A stretch of DNA of 63,875 nt, filler included, from Rhabdomonas costata (Eukaryota): NCBI GenBank assembly GCA_019059605.1. It is 19 parts of 19 records of this genome, joined end to end, with 100 filler letters (N's around TTAATTAATTAA, not from the genome) between each part and the next. Parts side by side here need not be neighbours in the genome. Positions count along the whole stretch, not along the records: positions 60,635 to 63,875 come from JAHMHO010001128.1; 18 more parts are not named here. One strand, 5' to 3'. The notes under the pieces are model-generated. The model was given only the letters and a program-made list of their open reading frames with translations. It ran no database searches and was not told the DNA's origin. Numbering within the stretch: position 1 is the first letter of the stretch; each line of letters begins with the position of its first letter. Of this stretch, positions 63,764-63,875 are shown one piece after another. The translations under genes were made by a program, and so were the position numbers.

Positions 63764-63875
63764 ACTCCTACCGGCATCTACAGCGCAGTAGAAAGAGAGG
63801 GCGCTGAGAGTTGAGTTTGGCATGCGTCCTCGTGCATTTGTTGCCCTATTTGTGGCACTCTGAGGCCAAAACAAC

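Noticed and set aside
1..63875. CRISPR arrays, tRNA, rRNA or spliced-leader RNA genes, and prokaryotic operons
   Set aside because: None was recognised by eye; a covariance-model search would be needed to exclude small RNAs.

Overview
This window is not one locus. It is 19 unrelated short contigs (18 of about 3.24-3.26 kb, one of 3,605 bp) joined by artificial 100-nt spacers (N44-TTAATTAATTAA-N44). The DNA is from an intron-rich microbial eukaryote with almost entirely GT-AG introns; a euglenozoan-like flagellate is inferred. G/T-only and C/A-only contig ends and terminal fold-backs point to whole-genome amplification. Genes reconstructed by hand-splicing: a complete hybrid-cluster protein (HCP) with a mitochondrial-type presequence on a contig that closes on itself, plus partial Prp38, carnitine acyltransferase, PGK, EMC2, an eIF4G-like MIF4G protein, axonemal dynein heavy chain, a TMEM53/DUF829 hydrolase, an ankyrin-repeat protein, an RRM protein and a decayed Ty3/gypsy element. 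Five contigs carry pieces of receptor-type class III cyclases or look-alikes. The best leads are: (1) a hemerythrin-like domain fused to a 2-TM/HAMP-like receptor; (2) a 14-codon peptide shared by two contigs with almost only synonymous differences; (3) the tandem or circular, apparently mitochondrion-targeted HCP; (4) an in-frame TAA in an otherwise intact eIF4G-like exon; (5) one contig about 355 nt longer than its neighbours, with an atypical intron. All family calls are by motif recognition; no searches were run.
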